Source: an uncultured Desulfobacter sp.
GTDB taxonomy: Bacteria > Desulfobacterota > Desulfobacteria > Desulfobacterales > Desulfobacteraceae
Length of the DNA: 64,000 nt
Assembly: GCA_963665095.1 (NCBI GenBank)
Contig: OY762069.1
Location: 1,376,001 to 1,440,000, forward strand
Direction: 5' to 3'
The position numbers were made by a program, and so were the translations under genes. Position 1 is the stretch's first letter; each line of letters opens with the position of its first letter. Shown piece after piece: positions 1-10,202 of this stretch. A model generated the notes under the pieces. It was not told the origin of the DNA. It was given only the letters and a program-made list of their open reading frames with translations, and did not search any database.

Positions 1-797
1 GGATATGCGTGTCCCATCTGACCTGCCCGACCCCTGCACAGACAGATACCATGGCCATGGTTCTGGACGAACTGAACTCAAAGCGCCGGATCATTGAAAA
101 AGAGATTGTCCAGGATATTGAACAGCGCATTGCCCTGGATCCCTCCATCCTTGACCACAAGCTCATTGTCCTGTGGGACTCCGGGTGGGAGTCTTCCGTG
201 CTGGGCATTGCCGCCTCCAGACTGGCCCGTAAGTATGTCTGTCCTGTGGTGCTGCTCAGCCTGTCCGATGATCTTGCCAAAGGGTCCTGCCGCAGCATCA
301 ACCAGATCAATATCCATGATGCCCTCTCCCAGGTGCGCCATCTTCTGGAGACCTTTGGCGGGCACACCATGGCAGCCGGTCTTTCCGTTAAAAAGGAGAA
401 CCTTGCCAAAGTGAAGCCGGCACTGGCCCGGATACTGGCATCAACCTGCACGGATCAGGATTTCATGCCGGTCCGGATGATTGACGCGGTGGTTGACATT
501 TCAGACATTACACCGGAACTTGTCCGGCAGATAGACATGCTTCGGCCCTTTGGTACCGGTAATCCCGAACCGGTATTCCTGCTGCGGAACATGTGGGTGG
601 CATCTTCCCATATCATCGGCGGCTGCCACCGGAAAATGGTCCTGCGGGACGAAAACAGCGAACACAAGGTGGAAGCCCTTCACTTTAATCTGGCCGATAC
701 CACCAGCCTTCCAGGTTTTTTCCCGAAGCTTCCGATCAAACTTAAATCCGACCGGTTTCATCAAGACAGTATTCAGGTGATTGTGCAGGATCTGTAA
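1..797 (+). CDS. recJ: Single-stranded-DNA exonuclease RecJ, C-terminal part (5' end outside window)
   Basis: LNSKRR, GIAASRL, KGSCRS, FGGHTMAAG and PFGTGNPEP match RecJ DHHA1-region motifs; frame is open from the window edge. Confidence 0.9.
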   Translation, partial: ICVSHLTCPTPAQTDTMAMVLDELNSKRRIIEKEIVQDIEQRIALDPSILDHKLIVLWDSGWESSVLGIAASRLARKYVCPVVLLSLSDDLAKGSCRSINQINIHDALSQVRHLLETFGGHTMAAGLSVKKENLAKVKPALARILASTCTDQDFMPVRMIDAVVDISDITPELVRQIDMLRPFGTGNPEPVFLLRNMWVASSHIIGGCHRKMVLRDENSEHKVEALHFNLADTTSLPGFFPKLPIKLKSDRFHQDSIQVIVQDL

Positions 798-968
798 ACG
801 GTTTTTGCCCATGTTAATCGGGTTGCCGGATCTGAAATCAACGTCTGTGAACCCTACCTTAAATTTAAAGTTGCATTTTCAGTCAGGTGGTGATTAGCTG
901 AAGCGGTTAACAGCCTTTTTTATAAAGCGTACTATTCAAATCAAATTTTATTATGGATCATCAACGTT

Positions 969-3632
969 ATGTTTGGGATTTCCCGGACAAATTATCTGAT
1001 TTTATTTTTATTGGCACTGGGCTTCATGTCCATGACAACAGTGCCCTGTCCTGCTTTGGGTCAGCCTGAAGCAATTCAGCTCTCTTCTGAAGAACAGGCA
1101 TTTCTTAAACAACATCCCCGCATTGTTATTGGCATTGAACAAGAGTGGGAACCTGCTGCCATCGTCCGGAAAGACGGTGCTGTGGTCGGATATGATGTGG
1201 ATATTCTGGCGCGGATCAACCAGAATACCGGAGCAAATTTCACCCTGCAGTTAGGCCACTGGAAGGACCTTCTGGAAAAAGCAAAAAACCGAGAAATTGA
1301 TGGTCTTGGCGGTACGTCAGTATCAGAACAAAGGAAAACGTATTTTAATTTCTCCGACCGGTATTGTCGTCTTGTCAGAATGGTCATGGTTCTGAAGGGG
1401 AATCCGCTCAATATTAAACGCTTTGGCGATCTCAGGGATAAAAGAATTTCAATTCAGAAGGGAAATCAGTTTGATGAAGAAACCGTTAAAAGACTGCCAT
1501 CAGCAACTATTATCCGTACTGATACCGCAGCCGAGCTGATATCTGCACTGATCCATGGAAAAGCTGATGCAGCCTTCGGTCATGGCGTTTACATGTATCT
1601 GGCCGGAAAACTGGGGATCAGCACCCTGCAGTTCGCCTTTGCCATGGACCAGGAACTTGACATACACTTTTCCCTGCGCAATGACTGGCCTCTGGCTTTG
1701 AGCATTATGAACAAGGGATTACGTGGGATTCCTGAGGATGAGTATAACCGGATTTATGTTAAATGGCTTGGGGCGGCACCTGAAAAACCGTTTGATTCCC
1801 TTCTTTTTATTAAAATTGCCCTGCCTCTGGCCCTGGCCGGTGCACTGTTTCTGGTTTTCTATTTCAGAAAAATTAATCAGCAGCTTTTATTTGCCCAGAA
1901 GGAGCTGAAAAAAGACATATATGACCGCAAAAAAGCCCAGGCCGAACTTGACTGGGAATCCCGGGTCAACAAGGCTCAGGCCGACCTGGGCAACGCGCTG
2001 ATATCCCTGGACCAGGGTATTGAGGATATTGCCGGCAAAGTGCTTTCCAGTGCCCAGGCCCTTACTAGAAGCGAATACGGGTTTGTGGCTGAAATAGACA
2101 GAAAAAACCATGACTGCAGGGTCTATACCCAGACCAGCATGTTTGAAGATGCGGGGAAGTCAAGCCAGATTGTTATTTTTCCCAGGGGAAAGGACGGGCT
2201 GTATCACGGATTATGGGGACATGCTTTGAATACAGGCCAAGCCTTTTACACCAACACCCCTGCCAGCCATCCCCAATCCCAAGGCCTGCCCCAGGGTCAT
2301 GTCCCACTGAACCGTTTTCTATCCGTGCCAGTTAAATACGGAGGTGCTGTTACAGGGCTGATTGCGCTTGCCAACCCGCCCCAGGACTTTATTGACAGCC
2401 ATATCGGTGCGGTTCAGCAACTGGCGGACCTCTACGCCCTTGCCATCCAGCGAAACCGCGATCAGGAGGACGGTCAGCTTATTGAAACCCAGCTTCGCCA
2501 GGCCCAGAAAATGGAATCTCTGGGTACCCTTGCCGGGGGCATTGCCCACGATTTCAACAACATCTTATCTGCCATCATCGGGTATTCCGAACTGGCCCTG
2601 TGGGAAGTGGAGGCGGATAAAAACAATGCCCCATCCATCAGGCAGATTATTAAGGCAGGCAGCCGCGCCAGTGACCTGGTGGAACAAATCATGGCTTTCA
2701 GCCGGAAAATGGATCCGGTACTAAGACCCCTTGACCTGAACCAGGTTATCCGAGATACAAAAAAAATGCTGGAACGGACCTTTCCTGGAATGATCAGCAT
2801 TGAACTGCTGCTGTCAGATGATTTGTGGCAGATTAATGCAGACCCGGGCAATATGACCCAGGTACTGATCAATCTATGTGCCAATGCCAAGGATGCCATG
2901 CCGGATGGCGGCAGGATCGTTATTGAAACCGGCAACCTGATACTGGATGGTCTGACAGCAGCCCGGCACGCCCAGGCAGCCCCCGGCAGATATGTCCGGC
3001 TCGCGGTCCTGGACACAGGGTGCGGCATGGACCAGGAAACCGTTGAATGTATTTTTGATCCTTTCTTTACCAGCAAGGAGGTGGGCAAGGGTACCGGGCT
3101 TGGATTATCTACTGTTTACGGCATCATCACAAGCCATGGCGGGCATATCGAGTGTTCCAGTACACCTGGCACGGGAACGACTTTTAATATCTATCTGCCG
3201 TCCATGCAATCTGAAAACAGTTCTGGAAAGTTGGAAAAACAAAAAGGTGGTAATATTCAGGGCCATGCGGAAACCATTCTTCTGGTGGATGATGAAGTGC
3301 AAATTCGTAAAATCTGGAACAAACAGCTGACGCACTGGGGGTATCAGGTTATTACGGCTGGTTCCGGCGAAGAAGCCCTGAACATTTATCAGAAAAATAT
3401 AGATACCATTGATCTTGTTATTTTGGATATCAGTATGCCTGGGATGGGCGGGCACAAAGCCATGGAAAAGCTGCTGGACCTGGGAACAGGCATTAAAATC
3501 ATTATTTCAAGCGGATATTCGCTTACCGGCAGTTTAAAAGATGTTGAGACTAAGGGGGCTGCCGGCTTTATATCCAAACCGTTCAGCGCCACGGAAATGC
3601 TTGAAAAGATCAGAGAAGTACTGGATTCTTAA
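969..3632 (+). CDS. Hybrid sensor histidine kinase (periplasmic binding domain, GAF, HisKA, HATPase, REC)
   Basis: Signal peptide and PBP-like N-terminus; H-box AHDFNN; NAKDAM, DTGCG, GTGLGL; C-terminal LLVDD..LDISMP..KPF receiver. Confidence 0.92.
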   Translation: MFGISRTNYLILFLLALGFMSMTTVPCPALGQPEAIQLSSEEQAFLKQHPRIVIGIEQEWEPAAIVRKDGAVVGYDVDILARINQNTGANFTLQLGHWKDLLEKAKNREIDGLGGTSVSEQRKTYFNFSDRYCRLVRMVMVLKGNPLNIKRFGDLRDKRISIQKGNQFDEETVKRLPSATIIRTDTAAELISALIHGKADAAFGHGVYMYLAGKLGISTLQFAFAMDQELDIHFSLRNDWPLALSIMNKGLRGIPEDEYNRIYVKWLGAAPEKPFDSLLFIKIALPLALAGALFLVFYFRKINQQLLFAQKELKKDIYDRKKAQAELDWESRVNKAQADLGNALISLDQGIEDIAGKVLSSAQALTRSEYGFVAEIDRKNHDCRVYTQTSMFEDAGKSSQIVIFPRGKDGLYHGLWGHALNTGQAFYTNTPASHPQSQGLPQGHVPLNRFLSVPVKYGGAVTGLIALANPPQDFIDSHIGAVQQLADLYALAIQRNRDQEDGQLIETQLRQAQKMESLGTLAGGIAHDFNNILSAIIGYSELALWEVEADKNNAPSIRQIIKAGSRASDLVEQIMAFSRKMDPVLRPLDLNQVIRDTKKMLERTFPGMISIELLLSDDLWQINADPGNMTQVLINLCANAKDAMPDGGRIVIETGNLILDGLTAARHAQAAPGRYVRLAVLDTGCGMDQETVECIFDPFFTSKEVGKGTGLGLSTVYGIITSHGGHIECSSTPGTGTTFNIYLPSMQSENSSGKLEKQKGGNIQGHAETILLVDDEVQIRKIWNKQLTHWGYQVITAGSGEEALNIYQKNIDTIDLVILDISMPGMGGHKAMEKLLDLGTGIKIIISSGYSLTGSLKDVETKGAAGFISKPFSATEMLEKIREVLDS

Positions 3633-3670
3633 GAACGTGTGTACTCTGCATTTTCTTTGTTTTTCACCAG

Positions 3671-4648
3671 TTACAGCTGTTTTACAACTAAAAAAACAAG
3701 CCATGCAGTGTAACTTAGATATACGGTTAAAAGCCCTGCCCCCTCAAACCGGTTAATGCGTCCAGGTCTGCCTTTGAATCCGTAACCAATAATAAAAAGC
3801 GACACGGTCAGGCTCCCCATGACAACCATATCCCGGTACAAGGTCTCAGGCGCCACGGCCAGGGGGTGAATGGAGCAAGAGATACCGGCCACGGCCAGGG
3901 TATTAAACAGATTGGAACCCAGCACGTTTCCAAGGGCTAGGTCGTGCTCTCCCTTGCGGGCCGCAAGAATCGCGGAGGCCAGTTCCGGAAGAGAGGTCCC
4001 CACCGCAGCAACAGTCAGCCCGATGATCATATCGCTCACGCCAAAAATTCTGGCAATCTCCACAGCCCCCCATAGGAAAATTCGGGACCCGGCAACCAGC
4101 AGCACCATCCCTGCCACAAGCCAGAAAACAGCGTTTTTCAGCGGCATGATTTTCTCGGCACCAGCCTTTTCCATCTCCCTGGCCAGAGGGTCTGATGCTT
4201 GTTTCATTCCCTGCAGGATTGTCCATCCCATGAGGGTAAAAAATACCAGCAGCAGGATAATACCGTCAATTCTTGACAGATAGAGGTCAAACAAAAGTAC
4301 AATGGCAAGGGTGGTAACACCGGTAAGAATGGGCAATTCATTGCGCAAAATTTTAGAGCGTACCATCAGCGGATTTACCAGGGCTGTCACACCCAGTATC
4401 AGGGCAATATTTGCAATATTAGAGCCATACGCATTCCCCAGTCCGATGCCTGAGTTCCCGTTAATAGCGGCCAGCGCGGAAACAACCATTTCAGGGGCAG
4501 AGGTCCCGAATCCCACAATGACCATGCCAATAACCAGTGAGGGCATGTTGAGATGGCGTGCCGTGGACGCCGCGCCCTCCACAAACCGGTCAGCACTCCA
4601 CACAAGCAGTGCAAGACCTGCAATCACAGCCAGAACAGCCATTGTCAT
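3671..4648 (-). CDS. Calcium/sodium antiporter (YrbG/CaCA family)
   Basis: Two alpha repeats GTSAPE/GTSLPE with GSNIAN/GSNLFN; hydrophobic. Confidence 0.92.
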   Translation of the reverse strand: MTMAVLAVIAGLALLVWSADRFVEGAASTARHLNMPSLVIGMVIVGFGTSAPEMVVSALAAINGNSGIGLGNAYGSNIANIALILGVTALVNPLMVRSKILRNELPILTGVTTLAIVLLFDLYLSRIDGIILLLVFFTLMGWTILQGMKQASDPLAREMEKAGAEKIMPLKNAVFWLVAGMVLLVAGSRIFLWGAVEIARIFGVSDMIIGLTVAAVGTSLPELASAILAARKGEHDLALGNVLGSNLFNTLAVAGISCSIHPLAVAPETLYRDMVVMGSLTVSLFIIGYGFKGRPGRINRFEGAGLLTVYLSYTAWLVFLVVKQL

Positions 4649-4727
4649 TCAGTCACTCTCCCATCTTCTGAAACGCTGTTTTACCAGGTTCTTCATAGTC
4701 CAGTGCAGCCCTAAATAAACAGGCAGA

Positions 4728-6119
4728 TCAGGATTTTCTCACAAGTAGAGCCACAGACTCAATGTGATAGGTGTGCGGAAACATATCCACCGGCGTCACC
4801 TCCAGTACTGCATACCGGGGAAAGAGCATTTCAAGATCCCTTGCCAGGGTGGCAGGATTGCAGGAGACATAAACAATTTTATCCGGTGAATGCGCCAGAA
4901 CATGCCCCACCACATCTTTATGCATGCCGACCCGCGGGGGGTCAATGATGATGACATCCGGCTTTACCGGCACCTGTCCGAATACATCCTTAATGTCACC
5001 TTCCAGAAAGGTGCAGTTGTCAATGCCGTTAAGACGCACATTTTCATTGGCATCCACCACAGCAAAATGGACGATTTCAATGCCGTAAATCTGTTTTGCC
5101 TGTCTGCTGAGCCATATGGGTATGGTGCCGGTGCCGGAGTAGAGATCCAGAACTGTCTGGGACCCGTCAAGATCGGCATACTCGCTGACTTTTGCATAGA
5201 GTTTTTCACAGGCCCGGGTATTGGTTTGAAAAAAGGAGTTGGCAGAGATCTTGAACTGGAACTCTGAAAGCTTTTCGATAAGATGATCCCTGCCGAAAAT
5301 CAGGTGTTCCTCTTTACCGGTGGAGACCCCGGAGCAGGCATCTGTGATATTATTTACAATGGAGGTGATTTCAGAAAATTTTTCAGTCAGCTGTCCGGCC
5401 AGGGCCTTAATGACATCCGGCCGGTTCTCACGTGTAACAAGGTTCACCATCCACTGATCGCCGGCCACAGAGTGGCGCAGCATCACAAACCGCCAAAAAC
5501 CCTCATGGCTGCGCAGGTGATAGGCGGCAAGGCCGGAACCGGCAACAAACTGCCTGACAGTTTCAAGGATATCGTTACCCAGTGCCGGCATGATGTGACA
5601 GGCACGGATATCAATAACTTTATCAAAAGTCCCGGGCACATGGAGGCCTATACCCATGCCCTTTTTAACAGATTCATCCGCCAGTTCATCCGGCATGAGC
5701 CAGCGCTGGGAAGTGCAGGAAAATTCCATTTTGTTGCGGTATTCAAATATGGGATCCGACGGCACAACATCCGTGACCCGGACATCCTTCAACCGCCCGA
5801 TGTGTGCCAGCGACTCCGTAACATGTCGTTTTTTATATTCAAGCTGGCGTTCATAGGGCAGTTGCTGCCATTTGCACCCGCCGCAGAACCGGCTGTAATC
5901 GCATATAGCTTCCTGGCGTAAAGGGGAAGGCGTAAGGATCTGAATCAGCCGGCCTTCGGCCCAGGACTTCTTTTTTTTAAAAATTTTAACAAAAACCCGG
6001 TCACCGGGAATGCAACGGTCCACAAATACGGGAAAACCGTCAGGTTTGGCCAGACCCTTCCCTCCAAAGGCAAGGTCAATGATGTCAAGTTCGTAGGTTT
6101 TGCTTTTTTTAACGGGCAT
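4728..6119 (-). CDS. rlmD: 23S rRNA (uracil-C5)-methyltransferase RlmD/RumA
   Basis: N-terminal TRAM-like segment, CxxxxxCGGC, SFFQTN, DLYSGTG, DPPR, YVSCNP, DMFPHTYHIE. Confidence 0.93.
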   Translation of the reverse strand: MPVKKSKTYELDIIDLAFGGKGLAKPDGFPVFVDRCIPGDRVFVKIFKKKKSWAEGRLIQILTPSPLRQEAICDYSRFCGGCKWQQLPYERQLEYKKRHVTESLAHIGRLKDVRVTDVVPSDPIFEYRNKMEFSCTSQRWLMPDELADESVKKGMGIGLHVPGTFDKVIDIRACHIMPALGNDILETVRQFVAGSGLAAYHLRSHEGFWRFVMLRHSVAGDQWMVNLVTRENRPDVIKALAGQLTEKFSEITSIVNNITDACSGVSTGKEEHLIFGRDHLIEKLSEFQFKISANSFFQTNTRACEKLYAKVSEYADLDGSQTVLDLYSGTGTIPIWLSRQAKQIYGIEIVHFAVVDANENVRLNGIDNCTFLEGDIKDVFGQVPVKPDVIIIDPPRVGMHKDVVGHVLAHSPDKIVYVSCNPATLARDLEMLFPRYAVLEVTPVDMFPHTYHIESVALLVRKS

Positions 6120-6198
6120 TGTATACTATGTGTGTATTGTGATTATTGAAAGATTATAAAAGACGGTAAATATACAAAGTTAAAGACACAAAGACAAG

Positions 6199-6939
6199 AT
6201 GAAAATAATAGAAACCAGATTCAGCTCTGACGAAGTTACCCTTAAGGGGACCCTGCACCTTCCTGAGATCCCTGATCCCCCGCTTGTTGTGGGCTCCCAT
6301 GGTCTTGAAGGCACCAGAAATTCCGCCAAACAGCTTCTGCTGTCAAAGGTACTGCCTGAAAACAATATGGCGTTTTTCCGGTTCGATCACCGGGGCTGCG
6401 GTGACAGCCAGGGTAATTTTATTGATGATACATCCCTTGCCATCCGTACCCGAGATTTTTGTACAGCGGTGACTCATGCATTAAATATGAAGGTCACCTC
6501 AGACCGTGTGGCCCTGTTTGGATCCAGCATGGGCGGAGCCACCTGCATCAGTGCCTGGAAAAGACTTGAACAAGAAGGCCATGCACCCCAGGGGGCTGTA
6601 CTATGTGCCGCCCCCGTGGTCAGCAGCACCATCAAAAATATCCCCCTTGAGGGTAATGACAGCCGCCCTGACCTGCCCTTGAGCTTTTTTACGGAAAATC
6701 TGCTCTTTGACCTGTCAGACCAGACCCAAGCCCTGCACCATGTTATGATCTTTCACGGGGATGCCGATGAGATAGTTCCGGTGGGGAACGCGCACACCCT
6801 CTATGCTGCCATGCAAGCGCCCAAGGAGATTATCATTCACCCCGGCGGCGACCACCAGATGACAAACCGTGATCACCAGCTTGATTTTGAACAGAAAATG
6901 GTTGAATGGTATAAGGCCCTGTTGATTACCACTATTTGA
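6199..6939 (+). CDS. Alpha/beta-fold hydrolase
   Basis: HGLEG, FDHRGCGDS, nucleophile GSSMGG, HGDADEIVP, GGDH. Confidence 0.88.
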   Translation: MKIIETRFSSDEVTLKGTLHLPEIPDPPLVVGSHGLEGTRNSAKQLLLSKVLPENNMAFFRFDHRGCGDSQGNFIDDTSLAIRTRDFCTAVTHALNMKVTSDRVALFGSSMGGATCISAWKRLEQEGHAPQGAVLCAAPVVSSTIKNIPLEGNDSRPDLPLSFFTENLLFDLSDQTQALHHVMIFHGDADEIVPVGNAHTLYAAMQAPKEIIIHPGGDHQMTNRDHQLDFEQKMVEWYKALLITTI

Positions 6940-8200
6940 CGTTCGACACCAGTTCCCTTCTCAGCATCTCCAGTGCCATGGCGGCAAACAACTGTTTGTT
7001 GCGCTCCCGCATGCCGGTGTCCAGGACAAATCTTTTTGCAGATACGCCGGCCGGACCTGCCACACCAATGCACACAGTGCCCACAGGTTTGGCTTCCGTA
7101 CCGCCGGTGGGGCCGGCAATTCCGGTTGTGGAGACGGCCCAGTCTGACCGGCCGGTTGCTTTGACCCCGGCTGCCATTTCAGCGGCTGTGGTTTCGTGCA
7201 CCGCCCCATTATCTTCCAGGGTCTGGCGGGACACCTTTAGAACATTTTCTTTAGCAGAGTTGGCATAGGTGGTGGCGGAAAAAAGGAAATAGTCTGATGC
7301 CCCTGCCACATCCGTGATCAGGTTGGCTATCAGGCCGCCTGTGCAGGACTCTGCAACACTTAAGGTCTGGCCGCGTTCCGAGAGTAGCCGTCCCACCTCC
7401 TGTGCAAGGGTGAGACCCTGGTCTGATATCACTTTTCTTCCCAGCCGCTTTGCCACCCATTTTTTTGCCTGCCCCATATCACACTTATGATCTTTGGCAC
7501 TTTTTTCTTTAGTATCTTTCCCGGGAATCTGGCTCAATTTCACCTCAATCATGGGGAATCTGGCCCTGAACCCCAGATGGATCCCTTGAAATTGATCTGT
7601 AAAATCGCTTAGCACCTCGCCCACTTTGGATTCGTGCATGCCAAAAACCATAAGACGGATCACTTCAATCTCACCTGCGTGGCCTGTCATTTCAAACAAC
7701 TGCGGTTTTACAGCCTGATCAAACATCTTCTCCATCTCCCTTGGCACTCCGGGCATAAAGAAAAAGCGACACTGTTTAATGGTCATGGCAAAACCAGGCG
7801 CGGTGCCGCAAAAATTTTCAAGCACATCCGCCCCTTTGGGCAGCATGGCCTGTTTTTCATTGGCAGGTGTCAGTTCAAACCCGCGCCTGGCAAAATAGGT
7901 CTCCATGGAGGCCAGGGCAGAGGCATTAAGTTCGATATCCACGTTGGCAGCCCTGGCACAGGCCTCGGCTGTCAGATCGTCCGATGTGGGGCCAAGACCG
8001 CCGGTGACGGCACAGACATCTGCAGTTTCGGCAATAGTCTCAAACTCTTTGACAAGGGCATCGAGATCGTCGGGCACTGCACTTGTTTTTGCAACGGTGA
8101 TGCCTGAATTTTTAAGCCGGCGGCATAAAAAGGCTGCATTGGTGTCAATAATATCTCCGAGCAGGACTTCGTTGCCGGTGGAAAGAACATGGGCAATCAT
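6932..8200 (-). CDS. cinA: CinA-family protein (COG1058 domain + NMN deamidase PncC domain)
   Basis: GNEVLLG..DTN, GGLGPTSDD, MPGVPREM, AESCTGG, TTGIAGP. Confidence 0.93.
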   Translation of the reverse strand: MIAHVLSTGNEVLLGDIIDTNAAFLCRRLKNSGITVAKTSAVPDDLDALVKEFETIAETADVCAVTGGLGPTSDDLTAEACARAANVDIELNASALASMETYFARRGFELTPANEKQAMLPKGADVLENFCGTAPGFAMTIKQCRFFFMPGVPREMEKMFDQAVKPQLFEMTGHAGEIEVIRLMVFGMHESKVGEVLSDFTDQFQGIHLGFRARFPMIEVKLSQIPGKDTKEKSAKDHKCDMGQAKKWVAKRLGRKVISDQGLTLAQEVGRLLSERGQTLSVAESCTGGLIANLITDVAGASDYFLFSATTYANSAKENVLKVSRQTLEDNGAVHETTAAEMAAGVKATGRSDWAVSTTGIAGPTGGTEAKPVGTVCIGVAGPAGVSAKRFVLDTGMRERNKQLFAAMALEMLRRELVSNVK

Positions 8201-8275
8201 GGTTTATCCTTTACTTTATCGTGCCTGTCAGCAGCAGCCAAACCGGCTTGATATGGCCAGTGACAGACAGACACC

Positions 8276-9799
8276 TTATTCTTCATGGTTAAAAAACATG
8301 GCATGGTTGGAGGAAAAAAAGGCTGGATTTTTCCTGAACCTGGATCCCACACCCAATACTTTTTTAAACTCCTTATCAATAAACCCCTTGACCTTACGCC
8401 GGGTCCAGCCATGGGGGTGATCAAAATTCAGATACAGGGACAGATCCCCGTGATAGAACTCATGGGTCACCAGACCTTTGGCGTCATCACTGAACTTGGG
8501 CAGATTAAATACTGCCAGGTTCAGATAGTCAATATTATCCTTGTGGGCATTGATATAATCCAGGGTGCGGCGGGCGGCTGCCTCATTTTCATAATGGGTG
8601 CCGAACAACAGATAAACAAAGGTTAATATCCCTGCCTGCCTGAGATTTTCAAGGGTCCTTGAGGCAAGTGTCAGGTCTGTACCTTTGCTCATATCATCCA
8701 GTACGGCCTGGTCCCCTGATTCCAGGCCGAGTTTGAGCATTTCACACCCGCTGCGCTTCAGTGCCCGGCAGAAATCCGGATCGGCAAAATCCCGTTCAAA
8801 CCGGACAAATCCATACCATTTAAAAGAACAGCGCTGTCGGGACAACGCCTTAAGAAAGGCCGGCGTGACCGCATTATCTATGAAATGCACCACCTGTGGA
8901 TGATGACTTTTAGCCATGGTATTCAGATCATCTAAGACCCGGTCAGCCCGCTGGGTGGAATAGGGCCTGGTTTCCGCCTTTTCCGGACAAAAATTGCATT
9001 TGCTCCAGTAGCATCCAATGGAAGCCCTGAACGGCAGGATCTTTGCCGGGGCAATATAGTCGTAATTTTCTGCAAACCCATAATCCGGCACATAATGTTT
9101 CTTTTCAATGCCGGATTTGCCCAACAACGCCAGCAGCGGAATCTCACCCTCTCCTTTTACCATATGATCAAAAAGCTGTGAAAAAGGATTGTTAAAATCA
9201 GGCCGGCTCATCCAGGAGGAAACAAGGCCGCCGCCCGCCAAAAGTTTTCTGTCCGGGAAATTATCCCGGATCCACCCGGCCAGGGCAAAGCTGACCAGGG
9301 CCTGGTTCAAATAGCACAGTGAAATACCCACAAAGGGGTGATGCCAGGACTCCACCACAGGACGAAGCTTTTCTTCAAAATAGGGGTAGAACGGATTTTC
9401 CCGGTAACATCTTGCACTGTCAAGCAGTGCTGTTGAATCAACCGAAGACAGCTGGTTATCTGAATAATCACTTAAACTCACCTTGAACCGGGTCTGATCC
9501 ACAGCCACGCTGACCAGGCGGTTCAGGTCGTACACCCGCTGATGGTAGCGATCACAATTTTTGTAAATGTCAGGATTTTTCAGGTCTGTTAAAAGTCGTG
9601 CACGGTTCTTAATTGCGCGCCGGGTCCAGGAGTCGCCTGCCTGGTCTTTACCCACTGACGCGATCAGCCACAAAAGCCCGTCCACATTGGCATCAACACA
9701 TTTGCACGGGATATGGTTCTCTTTAAGGGCAGCAGACAAAAGCGCTATGCCCGCAGGCGGTTCACACGGTTTGGCCACAGGTGGAAAAATTAAAAGCAT
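8276..9799 (-). CDS. B12-binding-domain radical SAM protein
   Basis: N-terminal FPP..PPAG..L, CxxxCxxC (CYWSKCNFC), GLESG. Confidence 0.85.
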   Translation of the reverse strand: MLLIFPPVAKPCEPPAGIALLSAALKENHIPCKCVDANVDGLLWLIASVGKDQAGDSWTRRAIKNRARLLTDLKNPDIYKNCDRYHQRVYDLNRLVSVAVDQTRFKVSLSDYSDNQLSSVDSTALLDSARCYRENPFYPYFEEKLRPVVESWHHPFVGISLCYLNQALVSFALAGWIRDNFPDRKLLAGGGLVSSWMSRPDFNNPFSQLFDHMVKGEGEIPLLALLGKSGIEKKHYVPDYGFAENYDYIAPAKILPFRASIGCYWSKCNFCPEKAETRPYSTQRADRVLDDLNTMAKSHHPQVVHFIDNAVTPAFLKALSRQRCSFKWYGFVRFERDFADPDFCRALKRSGCEMLKLGLESGDQAVLDDMSKGTDLTLASRTLENLRQAGILTFVYLLFGTHYENEAAARRTLDYINAHKDNIDYLNLAVFNLPKFSDDAKGLVTHEFYHGDLSLYLNFDHPHGWTRRKVKGFIDKEFKKVLGVGSRFRKNPAFFSSNHAMFFNHEE

Positions 9800-9917
9800 T
9801 CAAAGGTTCCATGTCTCTCATTAAAAAATCAGGGGATCATATCACTTTTGCAGACAGTTGTTTACCCTTGAAAACACAAGCAACTATTTTTTGTTTCTAC
9901 TCACAGAAACATTTTTA

Positions 9918-9946
9918 TTGACTTGCATCTAAAAACCCTTTAATTT
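9918..9946 (+). promoter_or_regulatory. Putative sigma70 promoter of trp leader/operon
   Basis: TTGACT-N17-TAATTT about 40 nt upstream of the leader ATG. Confidence 0.5.
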
Positions 9947-9987
9947 GGCTTGTAAATAAACTAAAGGATTTTTCTTAAAGACCTATT

Positions 9988-10086
9988 ATGACATCTGCAT
10001 CACCCCATACAAACAAAAAAATCTGGTGCTGGCGCTGCCGGCCAATATGGCAACGGCTGCTGCAAAGGTGTTCATTTATGCGTTAA
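9988..10086 (+). CDS. trpL: Trp operon leader peptide (32 aa, MTSASPHTNKKIWCWRCRPIWQRLLQRCSFMR)
   Basis: Three TGG codons (10024, 10030, 10048) in a short ORF directly upstream of a terminator and trpE. Confidence 0.8.
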   Translation: MTSASPHTNKKIWCWRCRPIWQRLLQRCSFMR

Positions 10087-10145
10087 TCCCGATGACATAC
10101 CGCTGCAGCAGCTTTTCCCCATTTGCAGTTGCTGCAGCCCCATTC

Positions 10146-10176
10146 AAGGCTGACAGCACCACGTCAGCCTTTTTTT
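10146..10176 (+). terminator. trp attenuator terminator
   Basis: AAGGCTGAC-loop-GTCAGCCTT followed by a T run, 26 nt before trpE. Confidence 0.85.
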
Positions 10177-10202
10177 ATACAAGACGATACAAGGAATAAA
10201 TA

